Assembly: GCA_963711405.1 (NCBI GenBank)
Contig: CAVQDZ010000004.1
Span: 126,425-190,424 of the forward strand
DNA length: 64,000 nt
Direction: 5' to 3'
From: an uncultured Chloroflexia bacterium
GTDB taxonomy: Bacteria; Chloroflexota; Limnocylindria; Limnocylindrales; CSP1-4
Under the pieces are notes generated by a model that did not search any database, was not told the origin of the DNA, and saw only the letters and a list, made by a program, of their open reading frames with translations. Within the stretch, counting starts at the first letter, position 1. Each line of letters opens with the position of its first letter. This document shows, one piece after another, positions 1 to 8,391 of this stretch. The position numbers and the translations under genes were made by a program.

Positions 1-77
1 GGCGCCACGAACGGTGCCCAGTCCTGGACCGAGTCGCGAATGTCGACGTTGATCGTTCCCTTGAATGGGACCGCCAT
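1..77 (-). CDS. 5' end of a gene that runs off the window. The N-terminus resembles sulfatase/arylsulfatase family proteins (partial).
   Basis: ATG at 77-75 with CCTCC (GGAGG on the minus strand) at 85-89. Translation is MAVPFKGTINVDIRDSVQDWAPFVA. The family guess rests on 25 aa only. Confidence 0.4.
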   Translation of the reverse strand, partial: MAVPFKGTINVDIRDSVQDWAPFVA

Positions 78-320
78 GACAGCACCTCCATCACCTGAGA
101 GTCGTTGGTGACGGAGACCGCCACAGGAACTCGGAAAACCTGGTCTTCGGACACGGTCCGTGTGCGCAGCATCTTTGTCGATCGCCACGTGGTCGGACTC
201 GTACGAACTGGGGGGCGTGAGTCCGCGATTTGGACCGCGATGGTACGCCCCTGCGACTACGGCCGATCCGCGCGGTCGTACCTATAGTCTCCGACGGAGC
301 GACATGAGGAGATCTGAAGA

Positions 321-1283
321 ATGAGTGGGGCAGATCGTTCCGGCGTGGCGGGCGCCAGCTCTCTGCCAAGCTGGCGAGACGGTGCCGCCAAGCGGGCGAT
401 CGTCGATTTCGTGGCCCATGTGACAGGTGCCTCTGGATCACAGCCCGTGCCGGTCGACGAGCGCGTCGCCGTGTTCGACAACGACGGCACGTTGTGGACG
501 GAGAAGCCCATGCCCATTCAGCTGGACTTCATCCTGCGCCGGCTCGTCGAGATGGCCACGGCGGACGAGGCGTTGCGCGATCGCCAGCCATGGAAAGCCG
601 CCTACACCCGCGACTATGCGTGGTTCGGCGAGGTCCTCAACAAGCACTACGCGGGCGATGACAGCGATCTGCCCGCGCTGGCCGCGGGCCTGCTTGGGGC
701 CTACGCCGGGATGAGCGTCGAGGAGTTCGAGTCGCGTTCAGATTCGTTCTTGCGTTCCAGCACCCACCCGACCCTGCAGCGCAGCTACCTCGCGTGCGGC
801 TACACGCCAATGATCGAGCTGCTCGACTACCTCGCGGCCAACGGCTTCACGAACTACATCGCGTCCGGTGGCGGGCGGGACTTCATGCGGCCGGTGACGA
901 TGGAGATGTACGGAATTCCGCGCGAGCGAGTCATCGGCAGCAGCCCGAAGTTCGCGTGGACATCGGACGAGCATGGTGGAACGGTCTCGCACGCCGCTGC
1001 GCCGGACTATCTCGACGACGGCCCTGAGAAGCCGATCCGCATCTGGAGCAGAACTGGTCGCCGCCCCCTCCTCGCCGCTGGCAATTCGAATGGCGACATC
1101 CAGATGCTCCAGTACGCCCAACAAGCCGACAGGCCCTTCCTACGACTGCTGCTCAAGCACGACGACGCCGAGCGCGAGTTCGATTACGTGAAGGGTTCCG
1201 AGCAAGCCCTGGAGCTCGCCGCCAGCGATGCGTGGACGGTCGTCAGCATCAAGACAGACTGGGCCACCGTCTTTCCGGCGTGA
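321..1283 (+). CDS. HAD-superfamily hydrolase
   Basis: 320-aa ORF with HAD motif I FDNDGTLW and a late acidic motif GNSNGDIQML. Its TGA overlaps the next gene's GTG (GTGA at 1280-1283). Confidence 0.8.
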   Translation: MSGADRSGVAGASSLPSWRDGAAKRAIVDFVAHVTGASGSQPVPVDERVAVFDNDGTLWTEKPMPIQLDFILRRLVEMATADEALRDRQPWKAAYTRDYAWFGEVLNKHYAGDDSDLPALAAGLLGAYAGMSVEEFESRSDSFLRSSTHPTLQRSYLACGYTPMIELLDYLAANGFTNYIASGGGRDFMRPVTMEMYGIPRERVIGSSPKFAWTSDEHGGTVSHAAAPDYLDDGPEKPIRIWSRTGRRPLLAAGNSNGDIQMLQYAQQADRPFLRLLLKHDDAEREFDYVKGSEQALELAASDAWTVVSIKTDWATVFPA

Positions 1284-3272
1284 GCGACGACTGGCCCATC
1301 TTCGGCCGCGACGTCCCCGACGCGGCGTGGCGCCCGACCGCGGATGCGGACACGGCGACCCGCTTGGGCCGCTTTATCAGCGCCGCTGGCGAGCCAGACC
1401 TCGACTCTCTCCAGCGCCACGCCGCCCGCGATCCAGCCTGGTTCTGGGCAGCAGCGGCCGACGACCTGCAACTCACGTGGCAGCGCCGTCCGACGCAGAC
1501 CCTTGACCTCAACCGCGGCCCGGAGTGGTCGCGCTGGTGGACGGGCGGCGCGTTCAACTACGCGGCAGCGGCGATCGATCCGCGCGCCAACGCAAACGCC
1601 GAGCGGCCCCGCCCTGACGTGGGAGGGCGAGGACGAAACCGTCCGCCGCTACACGAACGCCGAACTGAAGGCGGAGGTGGATCGCGCCGCGGCAATGTTT
1701 GCCCGTCTTGGCGTGGTCGAAGGCGACCGGGTGGGCATATTCCTGCCGCTCCTGCCGGAGACCGTCATATCCGTATTGGCTCTGGGCAAGCTGAAAGCGA
1801 TCTACATCCCCATCTTCTCCGGCTATGCGGCACCGGCGGTTGCGAGCAGGCTGAATGACGCCGGTGCCACCTTGCTTGTCACCGCCGACGGCACGCTCCG
1901 CCGCGGAGCAGTCGTGGACATGAAACGCACCGCGGACGAAGCGGTCGCCCAATCGCCGACCGTCCGAAACGTGCTGGTAGTCGGTCGTTTGAGCCCACTC
2001 GCGCCGCAGGACGACTGGGTGGAGGGTCGGCATCGCTGGTGGTCGGTGGAGATGGCCGACCCAACGCTCGAGCCGCTCACGGAGACTCCGGAGACGGACC
2101 CGGAAACGCCGTACATGATCATCTACACGTCGGGCACGACCGGCCGGCCCAAGGGCGCGGTGCACGTCCACGGCGGCTTCCCGATCAAAGGCGCCCAGGA
2201 CCTGGCTCATTGCTTTGACCTCGGCCAGGGCGACAGCTTGTTCTGGTTCACGGACCTGGGCTGGATGATGGGTCCGTGGGCGATATCCGGCGCGCTTCTG
2301 CTGGGCGCGGAGCTGGTGCTGTACGAAGGGGCGCCCGACTACCCGGCCCCCGACCGACTCTGGGCGCTGGTCGCCCGCCACGGCGTCACCCACCTCGGTC
2401 TGTCGCCGACGGTCATCCGCGCACTTATGGCCCACGGCACGGACGCACTGCGCGGCCACGACCTGTCGTCGCTGCGCGTCCTTGGCTCAACCGGCGAGCC
2501 GTGGAACCCCGAGTCCTGGTGGTGGTTCTTCAACAACGTCGGCGGGGGACGTTTGCCGTTGATCAACTACAGCGGCGGTACTGAAGTCAGCGGCGGCATC
2601 GTCTCGTGCAACCTGATGACGCCGATCAAGCCGACCTCCTTTGGCGGGCCCAGCGTGGGGACCGCTGCCGATGTCATTGATGGCTCGGGCATTGCCGTTC
2701 GTGGAGTGGTGGGCGAGCTTGCTATTCGTCAGCCGCTGCCGGGCATGACGCGCGGCTTCTGGCAGGACCCGGAGCGCTATGTCGAGACGTACTGGTCGCG
2801 CGTGGCGGGCACGTGGGTGCATGGTGATTGGGCGCTGATCGACCAGGACGGTTACTGGTTCATCCAGGGCCGCAGCGACGACACGCTCAAGGTTGCCGGC
2901 AAGCGCGTTGGCCCGGCGGAGGTCGAGTCGGCCGCGGTCAGCCATCCGGCCGTGCTCGAGGCGGCGGCCGTCGGCGTGCCACATGCGGTCAAGGGCGAGG
3001 TCATCGTCGTGTTCGTCCGCCTCCGGCCCGGTGAGGTCGACGACCCGGAGCTGCGCCGCTCCATATCCGACAAGGTGGTCGAACAGATGGGCAAGGCGCT
3101 ACGTCCGGAAGCGATCCACGTCGTCAGCGACCTGCCGCGGACGCGCAGCGGCAAGATCATGCGTCGCGTCGCGCGCGCGGCGTACCTGGACTCAGACCCG
3201 GGAGACCTCAGCGCGCTCGACAACCCACTCGCCGTCGAGGCTATCCGGGCCACCGGCCGCTTGCGCCAATAG
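1280..3272 (+). pseudogene. AMP-forming acetyl/acyl-CoA synthetase family gene, frame broken by one extra nucleotide near 1607-1610
   Basis: The N-terminal ~110 aa (DPAWFWAAAADDLQLTW..WWTGGAFNYAAAAIDPRANANAERP) are in the frame of ORF 1232..1858. The rest (ALTWEGEDETVRRYT..YTSGTTGRPKG..RTRSGKIMRR) is in ORF 1344..3272. The junction is GAG CGG CCC C GCC CTG and the span is 3n+1 nt. Confidence 0.85.
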
Positions 3273-3317
3273 GGCATGATTGCTGCGGGGACACTAAGGG
3301 AGAGGAGATACCCACAC

Positions 3318-3590
3318 ATGAGCATCATTGCCTGGCTCGTCATCGGCGGGATCGCCGGTTACGCGGCCAACTACATCCTGGGCACGCGCGAGGGCTTGAT
3401 CAGGACTGTCATCTTCGGCATCGTCGGCGCCATTGCCGGCGGCCTGGTCGGCTCGTTCCTGACCGGCGGCGGATTTGACCTGAACAAGCTGATGGGCAAC
3501 TTCGACATTACGTCGATCATCGTGGCCATCCTCGGCGCGGTCGGCCTGGGCGCTGTGGGCGGCTGGTGGGCCAAACGCGGAGCCGCGTAG
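3318..3590 (+). CDS. GlsB/YeaQ/YmgE-family small stress membrane protein
   Basis: ATG at 3318 follows AGGAGAGGAGA. The product is a Gly-rich three-TM protein (MSIIAWLVIGGIAGYAANYILG..). Confidence 0.8.
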   Translation: MSIIAWLVIGGIAGYAANYILGTREGLIRTVIFGIVGAIAGGLVGSFLTGGGFDLNKLMGNFDITSIIVAILGAVGLGAVGGWWAKRGAA

Positions 3591-3614
3591 CTGCGCAAAG
3601 CGGATCGATCAACA

Positions 3615-3643
3615 GCCGGCCCACGCGGGCCGGCTTTTATTTT
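3615..3643 (+). terminator. Rho-independent terminator
   Basis: Perfect 8-bp stem GCCGGCCC / GGGCCGGC with a 4-nt loop ACGC, followed by TTTTATTTT. It lies 25 nt after the 3590 stop. Confidence 0.8.
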
Positions 3644-3667
3644 GGCTCGGCACGGCACAATGCGGAC

Positions 3668-4480
3668 ATGGCACTGATCACCAGCACTGCCAATCCGCGC
3701 CTGAAGCAGGCCGTGCGCCTGCGCGGCCACCGCGAACGTGAACGCCAGGGCCTGACCCTGATCGACGGTGTGCGTGAAACGTTGCGCGCGCTCGCCGGTG
3801 GAGCAACCTTGCGCGAGGTGTTCGTGCTGCGCGACCTGTTGTCCGGACCGGAGGCGAGCGCGCTCGTCGAACGACTGAACGAGGAATCGATCCCGCTCGT
3901 GGAGCTCGGCCGCGACGCGTTCGAGAAGCTTGCCTACGGCGACCGACTCGACGGAGTCGTGGCGGTCGCCGAGACGCCGCCACGCACACTCGATGAGCTG
4001 ATTCTGCCGCCCGAGCCGCTGATCGGCGTGGTTGAGGGCGTGGAGAAGCCGGGCAACCTTGGCGCAATTCTGCGCTCTGCGGACGGCGCTGGAGTGAACG
4101 CGATTGTCGTCGCCGACACCGCCACGGACCTGTTCAACCCGAACATCATTCGTGCGTCAATTGGCACGGTCTTCGCCGTGCCCGTCGCGGTCGCTTCGAG
4201 CGGCGATGTGCTGCCCTGGCTTCAGGCACGGGGCATCGCCATCGTCGCCGCCCGAGTGGACGGTTCGGTCGACTACGTCGACGCGGACTACAGCGGGGCG
4301 GTCGCAATCGCGCTTGGCAGCGAGGCGCGCGGTCTGTCGGATGCGTGGGGTGAGCTCGCCCGGCAATCGGTCAAGCTGCCAATGCTGGGTGTGGCCGATT
4401 CGCTCAATGTTTCAGCGACCGCCGCAGTCCTGTTCTACGAGGCGCGCCGCCAGCGCGCCAACCGCCACGCTCCGGGCTGA
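3668..4480 (+). CDS. TrmH/SpoU-family RNA 2'-O-methyltransferase
   Basis: Start MALITSTANPRLK at ATG 3668. SpoU motifs GNLGAILRSADGAG, LGSEARGLS and LNVSATAAVLFYE are present. Confidence 0.85.
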   Translation: MALITSTANPRLKQAVRLRGHRERERQGLTLIDGVRETLRALAGGATLREVFVLRDLLSGPEASALVERLNEESIPLVELGRDAFEKLAYGDRLDGVVAVAETPPRTLDELILPPEPLIGVVEGVEKPGNLGAILRSADGAGVNAIVVADTATDLFNPNIIRASIGTVFAVPVAVASSGDVLPWLQARGIAIVAARVDGSVDYVDADYSGAVAIALGSEARGLSDAWGELARQSVKLPMLGVADSLNVSATAAVLFYEARRQRANRHAPG

Positions 4481-4481
4481 G

Positions 4482-5651
4482 CTACTCGACCCTCAGGCCC
4501 AGGATCTTGCGCCCGATCACCAGGCGCTGAATCTGGCTCGTCCCCTCGCCCAGCTCAGTCAGCTTGGCGTCGCGCAGAAAGCGCTCGACCTTGTACTCCT
4601 CGACGTAGCCATAGCCACCGTGGACCTGGACGCCCATGTTCGTCACGCGCTGTGAAACTTCAGACGCGAACAGCTTGGCCTGTGCCGCGGCCGTGGAGTA
4701 GTCCTCGCCCTTGTCCTTGAGCCACGCGGCGCGCCACACCATCGCGCGCGCCGCTTCAACCTCAGTGGCCATGTCGGCGATCATGAAGGCGACGCCCTGG
4801 AAGGAGCCGATCGGACGCCCGAACTGCTTGCGCTCGCGGGCGTACGACACCGACGCATCCAGCGCCGCCTGCGACAGCCCCACAGCCATCGCGCCGATCG
4901 AGATGCGCCCGCCGTCAAGTGTCTTGAGGAAGATCTTCCAGCCTTCGCCCTGCTTGCCGAGCATGTTCTCCGCGGGCACGCGGCAATCCTCGAAGAGCAG
5001 CTCGCCAGTCGCGCTGGCGTGCAGGCCCATCTTCTCCTCGAGCCGGCCGACACTGAAGCCCGGCGTGCTCTGCTCAACGATGAACGCGCTGATCTCAGCT
5101 GAGCCGTCCTCGCGCGAACCGGTCCTGGCCGTGACGATGTACGTGCCTGCCTGGCCGGCATTGGTGATGAAGCGCTTGCCGCCGTTGATCACCCATGAGC
5201 CACCCTTGCGGCCGTTGCTGTCGAACTTGGCCGTAGTGCGCGTGCCGCCCGAGTCGGAGCCCGCGCCAGGCTCGGTCAGGCCGTACGCGCCAAGGACTTG
5301 GCCGGATGCCATGGGCACGAGAAACTTCTGCTTCTGCTCGTCCGTACCTGCGAGATGGAGCGGGTTGCAGCCGAGCGACGTGTGCGCGGCGACGATGATG
5401 CCCAGCGAACCCCACACGCGCGACAGCTCTTCGATCGCGATCGCATAGGCAAGCGTGTCGAGCCCGGCACCGCCCTCCTCTTCTGGAAACGGGATGCCCA
5501 GGAGGCCCATCGAGCCCAGCTCGGCAACGATGTCGGTCGGGAAGCGACGCTCCTGCTCGTGCTCGTCGACCTTGTCGACTACCTCGCGTTGCAGGAAATC
5601 GCGGATGGTTCGGCGGAGCAGCTCGTGCTCGGGTGATAGTTCGAAATCCAC
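4482..5651 (-). CDS. Acyl-CoA dehydrogenase (short/branched-chain type)
   Basis: 389 aa with ACAD signatures (GLTEPGAGSD, RFITNAG, C-terminal GEGTSQIQRLVIGR). GTG start at 5651. Confidence 0.9.
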   Translation of the reverse strand: MDFELSPEHELLRRTIRDFLQREVVDKVDEHEQERRFPTDIVAELGSMGLLGIPFPEEEGGAGLDTLAYAIAIEELSRVWGSLGIIVAAHTSLGCNPLHLAGTDEQKQKFLVPMASGQVLGAYGLTEPGAGSDSGGTRTTAKFDSNGRKGGSWVINGGKRFITNAGQAGTYIVTARTGSREDGSAEISAFIVEQSTPGFSVGRLEEKMGLHASATGELLFEDCRVPAENMLGKQGEGWKIFLKTLDGGRISIGAMAVGLSQAALDASVSYARERKQFGRPIGSFQGVAFMIADMATEVEAARAMVWRAAWLKDKGEDYSTAAAQAKLFASEVSQRVTNMGVQVHGGYGYVEEYKVERFLRDAKLTELGEGTSQIQRLVIGRKILGLRVE

Positions 5652-5690
5652 GAGGAGTCAGGCTATCAGAGGCCGGAATCGGCACTACAT

Positions 5691-6480
5691 TTGGCACCCG
5701 TGTTGATCATCCTGCCGCCGTCGGAGTCGAAGCGGGCGTCCGCCCTGGGCGTCGATCCGCTGACGCTCGCCGCTCTGTCCTTTACCGAGCTGAACCCAAT
5801 GCGCGAGCGGGTGATCGATGCGCTGGTGCAGACGAGCGGCAGTCCCGACGCGTTTGAGCGGCTCCTGGTCGGACCATCACTCGTGGACGAGGTCATGCGC
5901 AACACACAGCTGCGCGAGTTGCCAACGCAGCCCGCAATCGGCCTGTATGTCGGTCCGCTCTACGACGGGCTTGATCAGTCATCGCTGCCGGCCGCCGCGC
6001 GGGAACGCGCCGCAACGCAGCTCGTCATCGCGTCGGCGCTGTGGGGCGCGCTCCGGCCGATGCGACCGCATTCCTGCCTACCGTCTGCAGGTGTGTGCTC
6101 GACTGGTGGGCATGGACAGGCTCGAGCCCATGTGGCGCACGGTCCTCCCACAGGTCTTCGCCAATGCAGCCGGAGCAGATGGCGTGGTCCTCGATCTGCG
6201 TTCGGCCGGCTACCAGGCGATCGGCAAGCCGGCAATCCACGGCGACCGAATCGTCACCGTCCGCGTCCAGCCGGAAGCCGGAGCGCGCACCATCGGCAAT
6301 GTCATTGCGAAGCGAATTCGCGGCCAGGTGGCCCGCCATCTGCTCGACTCGGACGCGCAGCCAGGCACGCCCGACGAGCTGGCGGAGCTGGTCGGAGATC
6401 GCTGGCCGGTCCGACTGGATCCGCCGCAGCTCCGGTCAACCATGGACCCTCCGGATTCGCCCTCTCGACTGAATAGATAG
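5691..6480 (+). pseudogene. yaaA: YaaA/DUF328 peroxide-stress protein family gene, frame broken by one extra nucleotide near 6060-6064
   Basis: N-terminal part (ILPPSESK..LYVGPLYDGL..VIASALWGALRP) is in ORF 5691..6476. C-terminal part (DRIPAYRLQV..VVLDLRSAGYQ..IRGQVARHLL) is in ORF 5818..6480. The span is 3n+1 nt. The start may be GTG 5700 rather than TTG 5691. Confidence 0.75.
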
Positions 6481-6496
6481 TTGAAGCCTGTGGCGG

Positions 6497-7552
6497 TCAG
6501 GCCTCTTCGCGTTCGACCTTGCGCCGGCTGGCCGGCTTGCGCGTCGCAGGCGGTAGCGTGCTGACACCGGCGACGAATGAGGCCTGGCGCGCCCATTCTG
6601 CGACCTGCTGCTGCTCCTCGACGCTCAGGATGGCCAACCGCCCGAGAGTGGCCAGCTCGTCCCGGATGTATGTCCGAAGCATCTCCGGGCCGTCAGTGTT
6701 GATCGTGAACTTGACCCCGTTACGCCGAAACGTGTCGAAGATCCAGCGGAACTCGTCCCAGCCGGAGACGACGCGGGTGTTGAGGTTGCTCGTGGGGCAC
6801 ACCTCGAGCGTGATGCCGCGCTCGCGGATCATGGCCATCGTGCGTGGGTCGAACGCTGCCTTGACGCCGTGGCCCAGCCTCGATGGCTCGAGGTGCTCGA
6901 TTACCTCGGCGATCTCCTCCACCGGCCCCGATTCACCGGTATGGACCGTGATGCCCAGCCCCTTGCGCCTGCACCGGTCGAAGAGGCGCTTGTAGTCGGC
7001 GGGGTGAAAGTCGGGCGATTCCGGCCCGGCGATGTCGATCCCGACCACGCCGCGAGCGCGGTAGGCGATGGCCTTCTCGGCGATGATCTCGTTCAGGGCG
7101 TAGGGAAAGGCACGATCCAGGCACAGGATCAGTCCTGGTGCGACCGGATACTCGAGCATCGCCCGGTCCATGCCACGGATTGCGGCGCTGATGATGTGGT
7201 CCAGGTCCTGCTCACCGCCGCGGTTGCGCTTCATGGGGTTGAAGCGCAGCTCCATCGTCGTGACGTTGTTCCTGCGGTAGGCGCCGCCGATGACCTCGTA
7301 TGTCGAGCGCTCGACCGCGAGCGGCGAGGACTGGATCAGCTCCGTCCAATGGAAGAGCTGGAGGTAGCCGTCGAAGCTCCGACCGCGGCGCGCGGAGACC
7401 GTGATGAGCTGGCGGAACGCCCAGTAGTCCTTGGTCGGCAGCCTGATGCCCTGGGAGTGGGCGATGCCCCACATGATCGCCGGAGTAACCGCGCCGCCAA
7501 GGTGGCAGTGCAGCTCGGTAAGCGGATGGGAGCGCGGCAGGACGTGAGCCAC
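6497..7552 (-). CDS. add: Adenosine deaminase family protein
   Basis: 351 aa with metal-binding ELHCHLGG near the N-terminus, VHTGE, and the TINTDGP region. Confidence 0.8.
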   Translation of the reverse strand: MAHVLPRSHPLTELHCHLGGAVTPAIMWGIAHSQGIRLPTKDYWAFRQLITVSARRGRSFDGYLQLFHWTELIQSSPLAVERSTYEVIGGAYRRNNVTTMELRFNPMKRNRGGEQDLDHIISAAIRGMDRAMLEYPVAPGLILCLDRAFPYALNEIIAEKAIAYRARGVVGIDIAGPESPDFHPADYKRLFDRCRRKGLGITVHTGESGPVEEIAEVIEHLEPSRLGHGVKAAFDPRTMAMIRERGITLEVCPTSNLNTRVVSGWDEFRWIFDTFRRNGVKFTINTDGPEMLRTYIRDELATLGRLAILSVEEQQQVAEWARQASFVAGVSTLPPATRKPASRRKVEREEA

Positions 7553-7570
7553 GGTTCGATGCTAACGCGC

Positions 7571-8057
7571 TTAGCCGCGATCCCTCGGCCAGGAGCCCAT
7601 GACCTGGCGCATCCCCGCGAACTCGCCCAGGTGATAGCTGTTGTGGTTGCCGATGATGAACAAGCCGCGCAACGGCGTGTGGCCCGGCGTGCCTGCCAGC
7701 ACCACCGTCAGATCGCGCTGCTCATCGAGCGCGATCTTCTCCATCTCGCGTAGATCGGCACGGAACTGCTCGACCGAATGCCGGAAGCCGGCGAGATCCG
7801 TGGTTGCGTGTGCGATCGGGCCAATAAGCCACCGGCCACGGCGGCGACTCGTAGCCGGCCGAGTCCTCGATGTAGCGGAGCATGTCCAGCTGGGTCAGGC
7901 GCAGGTGCTCGACCAGGTGCCACGGCGTGTAGTCGACGTTGGGTGCGCGCTCGTTGATCGCCCACTCGGGAAAGTCGGCGACCGCCTCATCGAAGGTCAT
8001 GTGCGCCTGGTTGCCGCGCAGCAGGAGCACGAGCTGGGAGCGAAGTTCGTCGGGCAT
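7571..8057 (-). pseudogene. DinB-family (DinB_2-like) protein gene, frame broken by one extra nucleotide near 7805-7815
   Basis: N-terminal part MPDELRSQL..WHLVEHLRLTQLDMLRYIED..ESPPWPVAYWPDRT is in ORF 7722..8153. The C-terminal part, which I translated from 7571-7810, is ATTDLAGFRHSVEQFRADL..IIGNHNSYHLGEFAGMRQVMG. The span is 3n+1 nt. Confidence 0.75.
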
Positions 8058-8134
8058 CACGGCGATTGTCGCAAAGCCTCGGGCGGAGGCCGGTTCGGCG
8101 GCCGTCACGGGTATCGCACACCGCACTGACGACA

Positions 8135-8350
8135 GGCGTAGCGCCTCCAGCATTACCTGCGCAGGAGCGCAGTCGATAGGCGGAGGTGAGCCGGTCTCGT
8201 CGCGCGACTAACGGACGTCGTAGCGCTGGAGGCGCTAAATACAGGCCATATGAGCCTTAGTGACGGCTCGCGTCCTGCCTGATCGACGCGCCAGCGTCAC
8301 TAACGATCGCCTCCACGCTCGGCGTAATGCTGGAGGCGATACGCCGAGTG
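8135..8350. repeat. Cluster of inverted repeats sharing the core GCTGGAGGCG / CGCCTCCAGC
   Basis: The 22-mer GGCGTAGCGCCTCCAGCATTAC (8135-8156) recurs as a reverse complement at 8324-8345 (21/22). A palindromic hairpin TAGCGC-TGGAG-GCGCTA lies at 8221-8237. Interleaved 10-nt complements lie at 8306-8315/8331-8340 and 8316-8325/8341-8350. Confidence 0.6.
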
Positions 8351-8391
8351 CGATGGATCTGATCGGACTGCGACGCGGTTTCGGGCGCCGA

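Noticed and set aside
8306-8350. H-type pseudoknot formed by the two interleaved 10-bp helices
   Set aside because: The connecting loops would be 0, 5 and 0 nt. That is sterically implausible for two 10-bp stems, so alternative hairpins or a DNA-level repeat are more likely. I report it only as a repeat cluster.
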